Shown: positions 22,283 through 32,245 of the stretch, in pieces
Layout: every line of letters starts with the position of its first letter
Numbering within the stretch: the first letter of the stretch is position 1
Assembly: GCA_965223855.1 (NCBI GenBank)
Contig: CBDCXM010000009.1
Coordinates: 256,001-320,000 of the forward strand
DNA length: 64,000 nucleotides
From: Candidatus Multivoradales bacterium
Lineage (GTDB): Bacteria > Acidobacteriota > Thermoanaerobaculia > Multivoradales > JAHEKO01
Direction: 5' to 3'
Position numbers and translations under genes: made by a program
Notes under the pieces: model-generated
The model's input: the letters and a program-made list of their open reading frames with translations, nothing else
Databases searched by the model: none
What the model was told of the DNA's origin: nothing

Positions 22283-23301
22283 TCGCCGCCCTTGCCGCGC
22301 ACCTCGCGATCCCAGCGCGCCATCCAGTCGGTGCCGCGCTCGGCGATCAGCTCCCAGTCGACCTCGGCGGTGACGATCTCGTCGAGTGCCTCGCGCGCCC
22401 ACTCGGGCAGCGCGTCGCGCGGCAGGTCTTCCCGTGCCGGCAGTCGGAACGCCTGCTCGGCCGCCAGCAGCAACGCCTCTTCCGAGCCGACCCAGTCGAT
22501 GAAGGCGCGCGCCGCCTCCGGGTGCGGCGCTCCGGCCACCAGCCCGATCGCGTCGTTGATCACCGGCGAGCCGCTCGCCGGAAAGTGGTAGCCGAAGGGG
22601 GCGCCCCGCTGCTGCTGGAAGAGCATGTCGGTCAGCTCCCAGATCGACACCCACCCCTCCTGGCGGACGATCTTCTCGAACAGGAGCGCCGGGTTGACCG
22701 CGTACTCGCGGGTCTGGGCGTCGAGCGCGAGCAGCCACTCGAAGCCGGCCGCCTCGTCTCCGGTGTCGCGCACCGAGTCGGCCAGCACCTTGCCGAAGGC
22801 GGTGCGCATCGTGCCGCTGGCGAGCGGGTCGCGGATGACGATGCGGTCGGCCCAGCGGGGGTCGAGCAGATCGTCCCAGTCGCGCGGCGCCTCTTCCTCG
22901 GCCACCGCCTCGGAGTTGTAGATCAGGAGCGGAACCGCCCGGTAGAGCCCGAAGTAGCGCCCCCCCGCATCGGCGCTCGCCGCCGGCACCGAGTCCGCCC
23001 ACACCGGCCGATGCGGTTCGAGCAGGCCGTCGGCGGCGCCGCGGGCGAAGATCGTGTCCGGGCCCCCGAACCAGACGTCGGCCTGCGGGTTCGCCTTCTC
23101 CGAGCGCACGCGGTCGTAGACCTCCTGAGACCCCATATCGAGCCAGCGCACGTCGACCGTCGGGTTGGCCGCCTCGTAGCTCGTCTCGAGCAACTGCAGG
23201 AGGTCGCGGCCGTGGGGCGAGTAGAGAACGACGACCTCCCGGCCGTCCCCGCAGGAGGGCAGCAGGAGGGCGAGTGAAAGGAGCCAGCATCGACGCATCA
23301 T
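22279..23301 (-). CDS. ABC transporter substrate-binding lipoprotein
   Basis: Lipobox LLPSC, SEKANPQADVWFGG, PRDWDDLLDP, DPLASGT. Confidence 0.88.
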   Translation of the reverse strand: MMRRCWLLSLALLLPSCGDGREVVVLYSPHGRDLLQLLETSYEAANPTVDVRWLDMGSQEVYDRVRSEKANPQADVWFGGPDTIFARGAADGLLEPHRPVWADSVPAASADAGGRYFGLYRAVPLLIYNSEAVAEEEAPRDWDDLLDPRWADRIVIRDPLASGTMRTAFGKVLADSVRDTGDEAAGFEWLLALDAQTREYAVNPALLFEKIVRQEGWVSIWELTDMLFQQQRGAPFGYHFPASGSPVINDAIGLVAGAPHPEAARAFIDWVGSEEALLLAAEQAFRLPAREDLPRDALPEWAREALDEIVTAEVDWELIAERGTDWMARWDREVRGKGGE

Positions 23302-25934
23302 GGGGAATCCTCGCCGCGATCGCCGTAGGCGATCAGGTTGACCAGCAGGCGGATCGCGCCCGGGACGCCGGCCGGGATCTCGCGAAAGAAGGAGAGGCCG
23401 GTGTAGACGTAGCTGCCGGCACCGAGGTCGGCAACCAGCAGCGCGCCGAGCTTCTCCTCTTCACCGGGATCCGCCAGCGCCAGCAGCGGCGTGAACTCCT
23501 CGCCCCAGCTGCCGCCGAAGTAGAGGCCACGCTCCTGCACCCAGCGATCCCAGTCGGCCGGGCCGATCGGGTTGGGGTATCGGAAGACCGGGTGCCCCGG
23601 ATCGAGCTGTCGAACCGGGGAAGTCTCGTCGGTCACCCGGTCGTGGGGCCGCGAGATCTCGAACGGATAGGGGGCGAAGCCGGAGCGGGAGAACTGGTAC
23701 TGCTGGTAGAGCACCAGCAGGTGACCGCCCTCCCGGGCGTAGTCGAGGAGCTTGCCGTTCACGGCCCCGAGAGCCGCGTCGGTCTCGTAGGCTCGGCTGC
23801 CGACGACGACCGTGTCGAAGCGCGCGAGATCGACGCTCGCCGCCTCGGCGGCGCTCATCGTCTCGATCTCGAGGCCGAGGCGCTCGAGCGCTGTCGGAAC
23901 GACATCCGAGACACCGACGATCCAGCCGACCCTCGTCGCCGGCAGCTCGAGATCGAGCACCTCGACGGCGAACGCCGCCTCCAGCGGTCGAGGGCGCGAC
24001 CTGACATGGTCGTAGTCCGTCACCTCGATCGACGTTTCGTAGCGCTCGCCGGCGACGACCGCCACGACGGGAAGATCGTAGCGCCCGGGCTCCGCCTCCT
24101 CCGGGAACTCGATCGCCAGATCCACGACTGCGCTGCCATAGGCATCGGCGATCGTGAACGGCTCTCGCGACGGAGCGGACCACCCTGAGGGCGCCGCGAT
24201 CTCGACGTAGCCCTCCGCCGACTCTGCGAGGTGGGAACGCACCGTGATCGACCCGACCGGAGGGGCCGCGGAGTCGCGTGGCAGGAGGGTCAGAGCCGGG
24301 TCGGCCGTCACCTCGATCGCCGGCACACGTCGCAGCGGCCGGCGCACCTCTCCGCGCGCCTGATCCGCGAACACGTGGACGACCTCCCTCAGGATCGACA
24401 GCTCCCGGCCCGCGACGGTCAGATCGAAACGCACGCCAAGGGGTGGATCTCCGAACGGCTCTCCCCAGGCACGCGGGGCCACTCCGCTCCAGTCGTAGAG
24501 GTCGCCGACGCGGGGTTGCTCGAGGAAGTACGGCAGTGTCGGCCCCTCCGAGGTGGGCCCCTCCGAAGAAGGCACTGCCGCGGTCCACTCTCCGAGCGAC
24601 CTGGGGAGCACCGTCTCGAGCTGGTTCGAGAGCGCGTCGGAGGCCTCGCCGTCGCGAACGGCCGTCAGCGAGCGCAGCTCGATCGGCTGGCCGGAGGTGT
24701 TCCAGAGCGACGCCGTCACCTCGACCGACGTGCCGGGAGCCCACCGCTCGCGGTCGGCGCGCGCGTCGATCACGACTCCGGCAGCGGCCAGCACCGCACG
24801 ATCGACCCACTCGCCCTTCTCGGCGATCAGATCGGCAGCAGCCTCCGCCCCGGCTGCCGCCGCGCCGTCGCGCGCCCGGTCGAGATGACGCCCGATCTCG
24901 ACCAGGTCCGGTGCCAGCTCCGGGAGCGCCGACGGCGACAGCCGCAGGCTCGCGTCTTCGGCCAGCACCTGCGCCCGGGCCAGAAGATCGGCCACCTCGT
25001 CCCGGCCCGGCCCGGCCGGGATCTGCTCAGCGATCGCCGCCAGATCGGTGTCGATGCCGGCGAACGGCGAGGCGCTCGCGGCTCCGTTGCCACCCGCCAC
25101 CCAGACCAGCCGGCTGCCGCCGTCCCCGAGCGACTCGAGCCTCCCCATGTCCTGCGAGCGATGGCGACTGCGGCTTGCCGCCGCGACCTGGCGCCAGGAG
25201 CGCCCGCTCACCGGATCGAGCGTCGTCAGCGGCACGTCGATCGTCGGCTCCTCTTCTCCGCGCCACCAGGCGCGTCGGTAGAGCGCCTCCGCCGACCACG
25301 GCGGCAGGCCGGCGTCGGCGTCGAAGTCCGGATCGGCGGCCAGCCGGAAAACCTCGTGGGCGACGACGCCCGCCGCCTGGTGCTGCCCGTGGGTCGCGCT
25401 CTCGCCGTCGCGGAAGATCGACACGATCACCTGCGGCCGGAACCTGCGGACGACCCGCACGGCATCTTTCAGCAGCACCTCGCGCGGCCACCGTTCGAGC
25501 GCCTCCGCGAGCGTCTTCGTGTAGCCGAAATCGTAGGCACGGGTGAAGAACTGCCGGTTGCCCTCGAGCCGGCGGGCGGCGAGCAGCTCCTCCGAGCGCA
25601 CCAGGCCGAGTCCGACTCCCAGCTCCGGGCCGATCAGATTCTGGCCCCCTTCGCCGCGCGACAGCGACAGGTACGCCCCCTCGCCTCCGCGCGACGCGAT
25701 CCACGAAAGGAGCGAGGTGTCCTCGTCGTCGGGATGCGCCCCGATCACCAGCAGCCGGCTGTGAGTCGCGAGTCGCAGCAGCGCCCGATCGACCAGCTCG
25801 AGGCCTCCTCCGCTGGCCGGCTGCAGCGGGTCGAGCGGGTCCGCGCGACCGGCAAGCGCACCGGAGAGCGAGAGCAGAAGGAGCGCAGCAATGGCGCCGC
25901 CCGGGCGACGAAGGAAGCGCAGGACGGCGGGCAT
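23298..25934 (-). CDS. Secreted PIG-L-family deacetylase with NEW3-like and C-terminal glutamine-amidotransferase-like domains
   Basis: GAHPDDED, SRGEGGQNLIG, HGQHQAAG, RSRHRSQDMG, WVQERGLYF, GVPGAIRLLVNL. Confidence 0.85.
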   Translation of the reverse strand: MPAVLRFLRRPGGAIAALLLLSLSGALAGRADPLDPLQPASGGGLELVDRALLRLATHSRLLVIGAHPDDEDTSLLSWIASRGGEGAYLSLSRGEGGQNLIGPELGVGLGLVRSEELLAARRLEGNRQFFTRAYDFGYTKTLAEALERWPREVLLKDAVRVVRRFRPQVIVSIFRDGESATHGQHQAAGVVAHEVFRLAADPDFDADAGLPPWSAEALYRRAWWRGEEEPTIDVPLTTLDPVSGRSWRQVAAASRSRHRSQDMGRLESLGDGGSRLVWVAGGNGAASASPFAGIDTDLAAIAEQIPAGPGRDEVADLLARAQVLAEDASLRLSPSALPELAPDLVEIGRHLDRARDGAAAAGAEAAADLIAEKGEWVDRAVLAAAGVVIDARADRERWAPGTSVEVTASLWNTSGQPIELRSLTAVRDGEASDALSNQLETVLPRSLGEWTAAVPSSEGPTSEGPTLPYFLEQPRVGDLYDWSGVAPRAWGEPFGDPPLGVRFDLTVAGRELSILREVVHVFADQARGEVRRPLRRVPAIEVTADPALTLLPRDSAAPPVGSITVRSHLAESAEGYVEIAAPSGWSAPSREPFTIADAYGSAVVDLAIEFPEEAEPGRYDLPVVAVVAGERYETSIEVTDYDHVRSRPRPLEAAFAVEVLDLELPATRVGWIVGVSDVVPTALERLGLEIETMSAAEAASVDLARFDTVVVGSRAYETDAALGAVNGKLLDYAREGGHLLVLYQQYQFSRSGFAPYPFEISRPHDRVTDETSPVRQLDPGHPVFRYPNPIGPADWDRWVQERGLYFGGSWGEEFTPLLALADPGEEEKLGALLVADLGAGSYVYTGLSFFREIPAGVPGAIRLLVNLIAYGDRGEDSP

Positions 25935-26013
25935 CGGGAGATTCTATCCATCGCCTTCGGGCGCTCTGCGAGCGCCACGAACTCGGCGTCCCGCTGGGCT
26001 ATGCTGGGCTCCG

Positions 26014-28449
26014 ATGAGCGAGCGCGACCGCATCCTCGACGCCTACCGCCGCTGGGGCTATCTGGCGGCCGACCTCGACTGGCTCGGTCGCCTCGAGCCG
26101 GCCGAGCATCCGGAGCTCGTGACCGAGGGCGAAGGGGTCGAAGAGGCACGCGCCGCCTACTGCGGCACGCTGGCGGTCGAGTTCCAGCACATGCCCGACC
26201 CGGCGCGGCGCGCCTGGATCCAGGAGCGGATGGAGGGCGAGCCGCCGGAGGTCGATCGTCGCTCCGTCACCGAGCAGCTGATGCGGGCGGCACTCTTCGA
26301 GCAACTCCTCCAGACCGGCTACCTCGGCAACAAGCGCTTTTCGATCGAGGGGATCGAGACCCTCGTCCCGGTGCTGACGACGATGCTCGACTCGCTCGCC
26401 GGGCACGACGCCGAGCAGGCGGTGCTGGCGATGAGCCACCGCGGGCGCCTCAACGTCATGGCGCATGTGGTCGGCAACGATCTGGCGGAGCTGCTGACCG
26501 GCTTCGAGGACGTCGACCCGAGGAGCATCATGGGAGCCGGCGACGTCAAGTACCACCGCGGCGCCACCGGCATGCACGAAGCGCCCGACGGCCGCTCGAT
26601 CCGCATGCACCTGGTGTCGAACCCGAGCCACCTCGAGGCGGTCAACCCGGTGATGATGGGCCGCACCCGTGCCAAGCAAGACCGTCTCGGCGGCGAGGAC
26701 GCCTGGAAGAAGGTGGTGCCGATCCTCATGCACGGCGATGCCGCGTTCGCCGGCCAGGGAATCACCGCCGAGACGCTCAACCTCGCCGAGATCGACGGCT
26801 TCGGAGTCGGCGGCACGATTCACGTGATCGTCAACAACCTGATCGGCTTCACCGCCGAGCCGCCGGCGCTGCACTCGTCGCGCTTCGCCTCGGACGTCGC
26901 CAGAAGGCTGCCGATCCCGATCTTTCACGTCAACGCCGAAGACCCGGAGGCGGCGGTGCGGGGCGCCCGATGGGCCGCCGACTACCGCTCCGAGTTCGCG
27001 AGCGACGTCGTGCTCGACCTGATCGGCTACCGGCGCCACGGCCACAGCGAGATCGACGACCCGACCCTCACGCAGCCGACCCTCTACTCACGGATCCGCG
27101 AGCGCAAGCCGATCTGGGAGACCTATGTCGAAACGCTCGAGGTCGGGCGCGACAAGGTCGAGGAACTCGCCGAGGAGGTGCGCGAGACCCTGCGCGCCGC
27201 CAAGGACCGCGCGGCGACACACACCGAGATCCCTGCCTTGCGGGAGCTTCCCGGTTACTGGGATGACTTCGTCGGCGGCGACCACCGGCCCGACCTCGAA
27301 GTCGACACCGGGATCGAGGCCGGGGAGATCAGCGGGCTCGGGGACGTGCTGACCCGGATCCCCGACTCGGTGAGCGTCCACCCGAAGGCGCAGAAACTAC
27401 TCGAGCAGCGCGTCGAGATGGCCCGCGGCGAGCGGCCGATCGATTTCGGCATGGCCGAGTTCCTGGCCTACGGCTCGCTCGTCCAGGGAGGGGTCCCGGT
27501 GCGAATCTCGGGGCAGGACAGCCGTCGTGGCACGTTCAGCCACCGTCACTCGGCGCTCCTCGATACCGAGAGCGGCGAGAGCTTCGTGCCGCTCCACTAC
27601 GTCGCCGACGGCCAGGCACGGTTCGAGATCTACGACTCGGCGCTGTCGGAGGCGGCGGTTCTCGGCTACGAGTACGGCTACAGCCGCGACTACCCGGAGG
27701 CGCTGGTGGCGTGGGAGGCGCAGTTCGGCGACTTCGCCAACGGCGCGCAGGTGATCTTCGATCAGTTCGTCACCGCCGGCGAGGACAAGTGGGGACTGCT
27801 CTCAGGCGTCGTCGTCCTCCTGCCTCACGGCTTCGAAGGCCAGGGGCCGGAGCACTCGAGCGCCCGCATCGAGCGCTTCCTCCAGCTCGCCGCCGAGGAC
27901 GCGATCCAGGTGGCCCAGCCAACGACCGCCGCGCAGCATTTCCATCTGCTGCGCCGCCAGGCGCTGCGTAAGTGGCGCAAGCCGCTGATCGTCTTCACTC
28001 CCAAGAGTCTGCTGCGCCATCCCGCCGCGGCGTCGAGCGTCGCCGACTTCGAGGCCCCGCGGTTCCAGAACGTGCTGCCGGACACCGAAGTCGAGAACGC
28101 GAAGAGAGTGCTCCTGTGCTCAGGCAAGATCGCGCACGAGCTCCGGACCGAGAGGCAGAAGCGCGAAGAAGGCTCGATCGCGGTCGTCGCCGTCGAGCAG
28201 CTCTACCCGTTCCCGCGCGCAGAACTGGCTGCCGAACTCGACCGCCACCCCGACGCGAGTCTCGTCTGGGTGCAGGAGGAGCCGGCCAACATGGGCCCGC
28301 TCTTCTTCGTCGCTCCCCGGATCGAGACGATCACCCGCGGGCGGCACCTGCGGACGGTCAAGCGCTCGGCCTCGGCGAGCCCCGCAACCGGCTCTGCCAA
28401 GGCTCACGCCATCGAGCAGAGCACTCTGATCGAGCTGGCGTTCAACTGA
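26014..28449 (+). CDS. sucA: 2-oxoglutarate dehydrogenase E1 component
   Basis: KRFSIEG, MSHRGRLN, GDVKYH, NPSHLE, HGDAAFAGQG, GQDSRRGTFSHRH, WEAQFGDF, GQGPEHSS. Confidence 0.95.
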   Translation: MSERDRILDAYRRWGYLAADLDWLGRLEPAEHPELVTEGEGVEEARAAYCGTLAVEFQHMPDPARRAWIQERMEGEPPEVDRRSVTEQLMRAALFEQLLQTGYLGNKRFSIEGIETLVPVLTTMLDSLAGHDAEQAVLAMSHRGRLNVMAHVVGNDLAELLTGFEDVDPRSIMGAGDVKYHRGATGMHEAPDGRSIRMHLVSNPSHLEAVNPVMMGRTRAKQDRLGGEDAWKKVVPILMHGDAAFAGQGITAETLNLAEIDGFGVGGTIHVIVNNLIGFTAEPPALHSSRFASDVARRLPIPIFHVNAEDPEAAVRGARWAADYRSEFASDVVLDLIGYRRHGHSEIDDPTLTQPTLYSRIRERKPIWETYVETLEVGRDKVEELAEEVRETLRAAKDRAATHTEIPALRELPGYWDDFVGGDHRPDLEVDTGIEAGEISGLGDVLTRIPDSVSVHPKAQKLLEQRVEMARGERPIDFGMAEFLAYGSLVQGGVPVRISGQDSRRGTFSHRHSALLDTESGESFVPLHYVADGQARFEIYDSALSEAAVLGYEYGYSRDYPEALVAWEAQFGDFANGAQVIFDQFVTAGEDKWGLLSGVVVLLPHGFEGQGPEHSSARIERFLQLAAEDAIQVAQPTTAAQHFHLLRRQALRKWRKPLIVFTPKSLLRHPAAASSVADFEAPRFQNVLPDTEVENAKRVLLCSGKIAHELRTERQKREEGSIAVVAVEQLYPFPRAELAAELDRHPDASLVWVQEEPANMGPLFFVAPRIETITRGRHLRTVKRSASASPATGSAKAHAIEQSTLIELAFN

Positions 28450-28744
28450 ACGCGGCCCGGCTCGACGGGCGGACGGCGAAGACGTCGCGACCGGTCTCCG
28501 CCGACGACTCGACTCTCTCGACCCACACCCCCATCTCGAGCCCCCTGGCCAGCGAGCGGACCTCGGAGGCGACGTCGCCGGAGAGCCCACCGTCGACGAT
28601 CAGGTAGAGCAGGCTGCTGCCCGCCCGCTCGCAGCGCACCCCGGAAGGGCGCTGCTCGACCGACCGGCGCCGGCTCGCGAAGGCGTGGAGAGCGGCCTCG
28701 AGTCGGTCGGAGCCTCGCTGCAGTTCCTGTGAGGGAATCGCCAT
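28442..28744 (-). CDS. Hypothetical protein
   Basis: 100-aa ORF filling the gap after sucA; no recognised motif. Confidence 0.35.
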   Translation of the reverse strand: MAIPSQELQRGSDRLEAALHAFASRRRSVEQRPSGVRCERAGSSLLYLIVDGGLSGDVASEVRSLARGLEMGVWVERVESSAETGRDVFAVRPSSRAAFS

Positions 28745-28813
28745 CTCACCATGTTGGACTGCGTCACAGCGAAGAAGTCACATGCGCCCCGGAGTGAGGT
28801 CGCCCGGGGGCGG

Positions 28814-28982
28814 GGTTGGGGGGCTCCGGCGGCCTTCGGCCGGCTGGCCAGCAAGCTGGCCAGAGCGCCCGTGCTTCTGCTCGCCGGGCTTACCGCCCGG
28901 CGAAGGAGGGTTCGAATCCCTGCTTCGCTCGGTGAACTGTCGGGGGTAGGCGAAGGACTCAGCCGCAGCGAATCAACGTTCT
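28814..28982 (-). repeat. Single ~170-bp tRNA-Gln-linked structured module
   Basis: 16-bp inverted copy of the tRNA T-arm at 28908-28923; 10/11 copy of the tRNA 3' end (GGTTGGGGGGC vs GGTTGGGAGGC) 170 bp downstream; three GC hairpins. Confidence 0.6.
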
Positions 28983-29056
28983 TGGTTGGGAGGCAGGGAT
29001 TCGAACCCCGATTCCACGGGTCAGAGCCGTGTGTCCTACCATTGAACGACCTCCCA
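28983..29056 (-). tRNA. tRNA-Gln(CTG)
   Basis: TGGGAGGTCGTTCAATGGTAGGAC ACACGG CT-CTG-AC CCGTG GAATC GGGGTTCGAATCCCTG CCTCCCA ACCA. Confidence 0.95.
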
Positions 29057-29136
29057 ACGGACCACGGAGGGTACCAAGGCGGTCGGGGAGGGTCAATTGT
29101 CAGGGGGCTCGGCTCGCGGGCTATGCTCCCCGCATC

Positions 29137-29920
29137 TTGCCGAGCTTCCGAACCCCCGCACTGCGAGCCTCGATCGTCTGGCACGCCGTGTCTCTCGCTG
29201 CCCTAGCAGTCAGACCCGCCTGGTGGCGCGGGTGGCTCGGCCTGCTGGCACTCAACTATGTCGCCGTCGCCGTCGCCTCGCTCGTGCCGCGCGGACGCTG
29301 GCTCGGTCCTCATCTGAGCAGAGTGGTCGGCAACGCCTCTTCCGTCCACCTGACCTTCGACGACGGTCCAGATCCCGGAGGTGACGCCGGCCGTCCTCGA
29401 TCTCCTCGAAGAAGGAAGCGCGCGCGCGACGTTCTTCTGCATCGGCGAGCGGGTGCGTCGCCATCCGGAGATCGCGCTGGAGATCGTCCGTCGCGGACAT
29501 CGAATCGAGAACCACACCGAGCGGCACAGCCCGCTCTTCGCCCTTCTTCTGCCGCCCGCCCTGGGCGCCGAGATCGACGCCGCGCAGCGCTCGATCGAAT
29601 CCGTCGTCGATCGACGCCCGGTCTACCTGCGCGCACCGGCGGGGTTTCGCGGACCGTGGCTCGCCGGCGCGCTCGAGGAGCGCAGACTCACGCTGGTCAG
29701 CTGGACCCGCAGGGCGTTCGACACGACCCGCCGCGACTCGCAGGCCGTCCTCGGCTCCCTGAGCCGCGACCTTGCCGGCGGCGACATCCTGGTGCTTCAC
29801 GACACCGTCGCCGCCGTCGATGAGGAGGGCACGCCGATGGCGCTCGCGGTGCTTCCCGCGCTCCTCGACGAGATCGAGCGCCGCGGCCTCGTCGCCGCTC
29901 CTCTCCCGGAGCCGTCGTGA
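29137..29920 (+). CDS. Polysaccharide deacetylase (CE4) with N-terminal TM segments, +1 frameshift near 29376
   Basis: VHLTFDDGPDP in one frame, then (E)VTPAVLDLL...ATFFCIG...IENHT...LRAPAG...ILVLHD in the next; start uncertain. Confidence 0.8.
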
Positions 29921-30690
29921 TCGCCCGCCTCCTGTGGCGCCTGTTCAACCCGCTCCAGGTCGTCACCCTGGTGCTCTGGTCGGCCTTGTGCATCGTCATC
30001 GCCATGATGCTTGCGATCGTCACCCGCGGCTCACGACTTTCGATGGCGATGGCCGACCGGATCTGGGCGCCGGTCGCCTGCCGCTTCTTCCTCGCGCGCG
30101 TCGAGCTGCGGGGCGCCGAGCACCTGCCGACCGCAGGCCCGAGGGTGTTCGTCTCCAATCACCGATCGAACTTCGACGTCGTGGCACTCTTCGCCGCGCT
30201 CCGGCAGCCGCTTCGTTTCCTCGCCAAGGAGGAGCTGCGCAAGGTCCCGTTCCTCGGCTGGTACATCGGTGCGATGGGGATGATCTTCGTCGATCGTTCC
30301 AGTCGCGCCAGCGCCCGCGAGAGCCTGCGACGCGGAGCCGAGCTGCTCGGAGAGGGTCATGCGCTCCTCTCGTTCCCGGAGGCGACCCGCAATCAGGGCG
30401 AAGAGCTGCTGCCGTTCAAGCGCGGCATCTTCGGCCTCGCGGCGAGTGCCAACGCGACTCTGGTGCCGGTTGCGATCGACGGCTCGTCGCGCATCTGGCC
30501 TCCAGGCGGCCTGGCATTGCGCCCGGGCACCGTGACGGTCACCCTCGGCGAGCCGATCGTCGACCCGGACGCCTCGAGCGAGGAGCTATCGAATCGCGCT
30601 CGCGAGGCGATCGGGCGGCTACTCCCCGGTTCCGAGCCAGATGAGGAAGCCGGTCAGGAAGCCGCGGGCGCCGGGTTGTCGCGAAGGTAG
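29917..30690 (+). CDS. 1-acyl-sn-glycerol-3-phosphate acyltransferase family
   Basis: SNHRSNFD, FLAKEEL, FVDR, FPEATR motifs. Confidence 0.9.
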   Translation: MIARLLWRLFNPLQVVTLVLWSALCIVIAMMLAIVTRGSRLSMAMADRIWAPVACRFFLARVELRGAEHLPTAGPRVFVSNHRSNFDVVALFAALRQPLRFLAKEELRKVPFLGWYIGAMGMIFVDRSSRASARESLRRGAELLGEGHALLSFPEATRNQGEELLPFKRGIFGLAASANATLVPVAIDGSSRIWPPGGLALRPGTVTVTLGEPIVDPDASSEELSNRAREAIGRLLPGSEPDEEAGQEAAGAGLSRR

Positions 30691-32099
30691 CGGACGAACT
30701 CCTCCATCCGCCGCGCCGTCGCCTCGCGGCCGACGAGCTCGACGACGTCGAAGAGCGGCGGCCCCGCCTTCCCTCCGGTGAGCGCCATGCGCACTGGATG
30801 GATCAACACCCCCGCCTTGACCTCGACCTCGTCCGCGAGCTCGCGCAACGCCGTCTCGAGGCTTTCGACGTCGAACTCGGGAAGCGCCGTGTATCGCTGT
30901 GCCAGCGTCTCGAGGTAGCCGGGCAGCTCCTCCTGAGCACGGAACTTCGCCGTCAGCTCCTCGTCGTAGCCGAGGGACTCCTCGAAATAGGGCACAGCGA
31001 GCTCGGCCAGCTCGGCCAGCGTCTTGGCGCGGGTGCGCAGCAGATCGGCAACGGCGGCCAGCCTCTCCGGATCGGAGTCGGCGAGCCCGGCGGATTCGAG
31101 GAACGGCCGGCCGTGCGACAGGATCTCGTCGAGCGGCAGTGACGACATGTACTGAGCGTTCATCCAGGCGAGCTTCTCGGGGTCGAATACCGCCGCCGAG
31201 TCGTTGAGCCGCTCGGTGGTGAATGCCTCGATCAGCACCTCGCGTGACATCACCTCACGCTCGTCCCCCGGGTTCCAGCCCAGGAGCGTCAGGTAGTTGT
31301 AGAGCGCCTGCGGCAGAATCCCCTGGCTGCGGAACTCCTCCACCGAGGCCGCTCCGGTGCGCTTCGACAGCCGCTTGCGGTCCTGACCGAGGATCATCGG
31401 CAGATGGCCGAAGGTCGGCACCGCCGCGCCGAGCGCGCGGAACAGGCCTATGTGCTTCGGTGTGTTCGACAGATGGTCCTCGCCCCGGATGACGTGCGTC
31501 ACCTCCATGTCGATGTCGTCGGTGACGACGGACATGTGGTAGGTCGGCGAGCCGTCCGAGCGCAGCAGGATGAAGTCGTCGAACACCTCGGGGGAAAACT
31601 CGACGTCACCGCGGACGAGATCGGTGAACTCGATCGGCTGCGAAGGCATCCGGAAGCGGACCACGAAGGGTGCCCCGGACGCCTCGCGAGCGGCGATCTC
31701 CTCGTCGCTCAGCGGGCTCCTTCCCTCGCGATAGCGGAACGTCTCGCCGTCCTTCTGCAGCCGCTGGCGCTCGACGTCGAGCTCCTCCGGAGTCTCGTAG
31801 GCCTTGTAGGCCCGGCCCTCGTCGAGCAGCTCCTGCGCCCGCTCGGTGTGCCGATCGACGCGGACGCTCTGGAGGTACGGCCCCTCGTGCCACTCCACCC
31901 CGACCCAACGCAGAGCGTCTTCGATCTGGCGAGTCATCGCCTCGTCGGAGCGCTGACGGTCGGTGTCCTCGATCCTGAGGATGTTGACACCACCGAGCTT
32001 GTGCGCCAGCAGGTCGTTGTAGATCGCGGTGCGGGCGCCGCCGACGTGCAGGAAGCCGGTGGGGGACGGGGCGAAGCGGACTCTCAGCGGGGTGCTCAT
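30654..32099 (-). CDS. gltX: Glutamate--tRNA ligase
   Basis: RFAPSPTGFLHVGGAR, RIEDTD, IRGEDHLSNT, RLSKR. Confidence 0.96.
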   Translation of the reverse strand: MSTPLRVRFAPSPTGFLHVGGARTAIYNDLLAHKLGGVNILRIEDTDRQRSDEAMTRQIEDALRWVGVEWHEGPYLQSVRVDRHTERAQELLDEGRAYKAYETPEELDVERQRLQKDGETFRYREGRSPLSDEEIAAREASGAPFVVRFRMPSQPIEFTDLVRGDVEFSPEVFDDFILLRSDGSPTYHMSVVTDDIDMEVTHVIRGEDHLSNTPKHIGLFRALGAAVPTFGHLPMILGQDRKRLSKRTGAASVEEFRSQGILPQALYNYLTLLGWNPGDEREVMSREVLIEAFTTERLNDSAAVFDPEKLAWMNAQYMSSLPLDEILSHGRPFLESAGLADSDPERLAAVADLLRTRAKTLAELAELAVPYFEESLGYDEELTAKFRAQEELPGYLETLAQRYTALPEFDVESLETALRELADEVEVKAGVLIHPVRMALTGGKAGPPLFDVVELVGREATARRMEEFVRYLRDNPAPAAS

Positions 32100-32245
32100 A
32101 CGGGACGGAAGTGTAGCGATCCGGACGCCTCCCTGCAGTCCGGTCCGATCGGGTGTAACACCCCGGCGTCGAACCGGGTAGAACTCGGCGAACCAGGACG
32201 AACCGCCGTCCACTCAGCCACCGCCCGATCCTCAGGAGCCTCCCC

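Noticed and set aside
24231-27266. Very long alternative-frame ORFs (e.g. 1011 aa here, 9395-11893, 60374-62308, 34885-36753)
   Set aside because: These are shadow frames of real genes in high-GC DNA, Arg/Ala/Pro-rich and without motifs.
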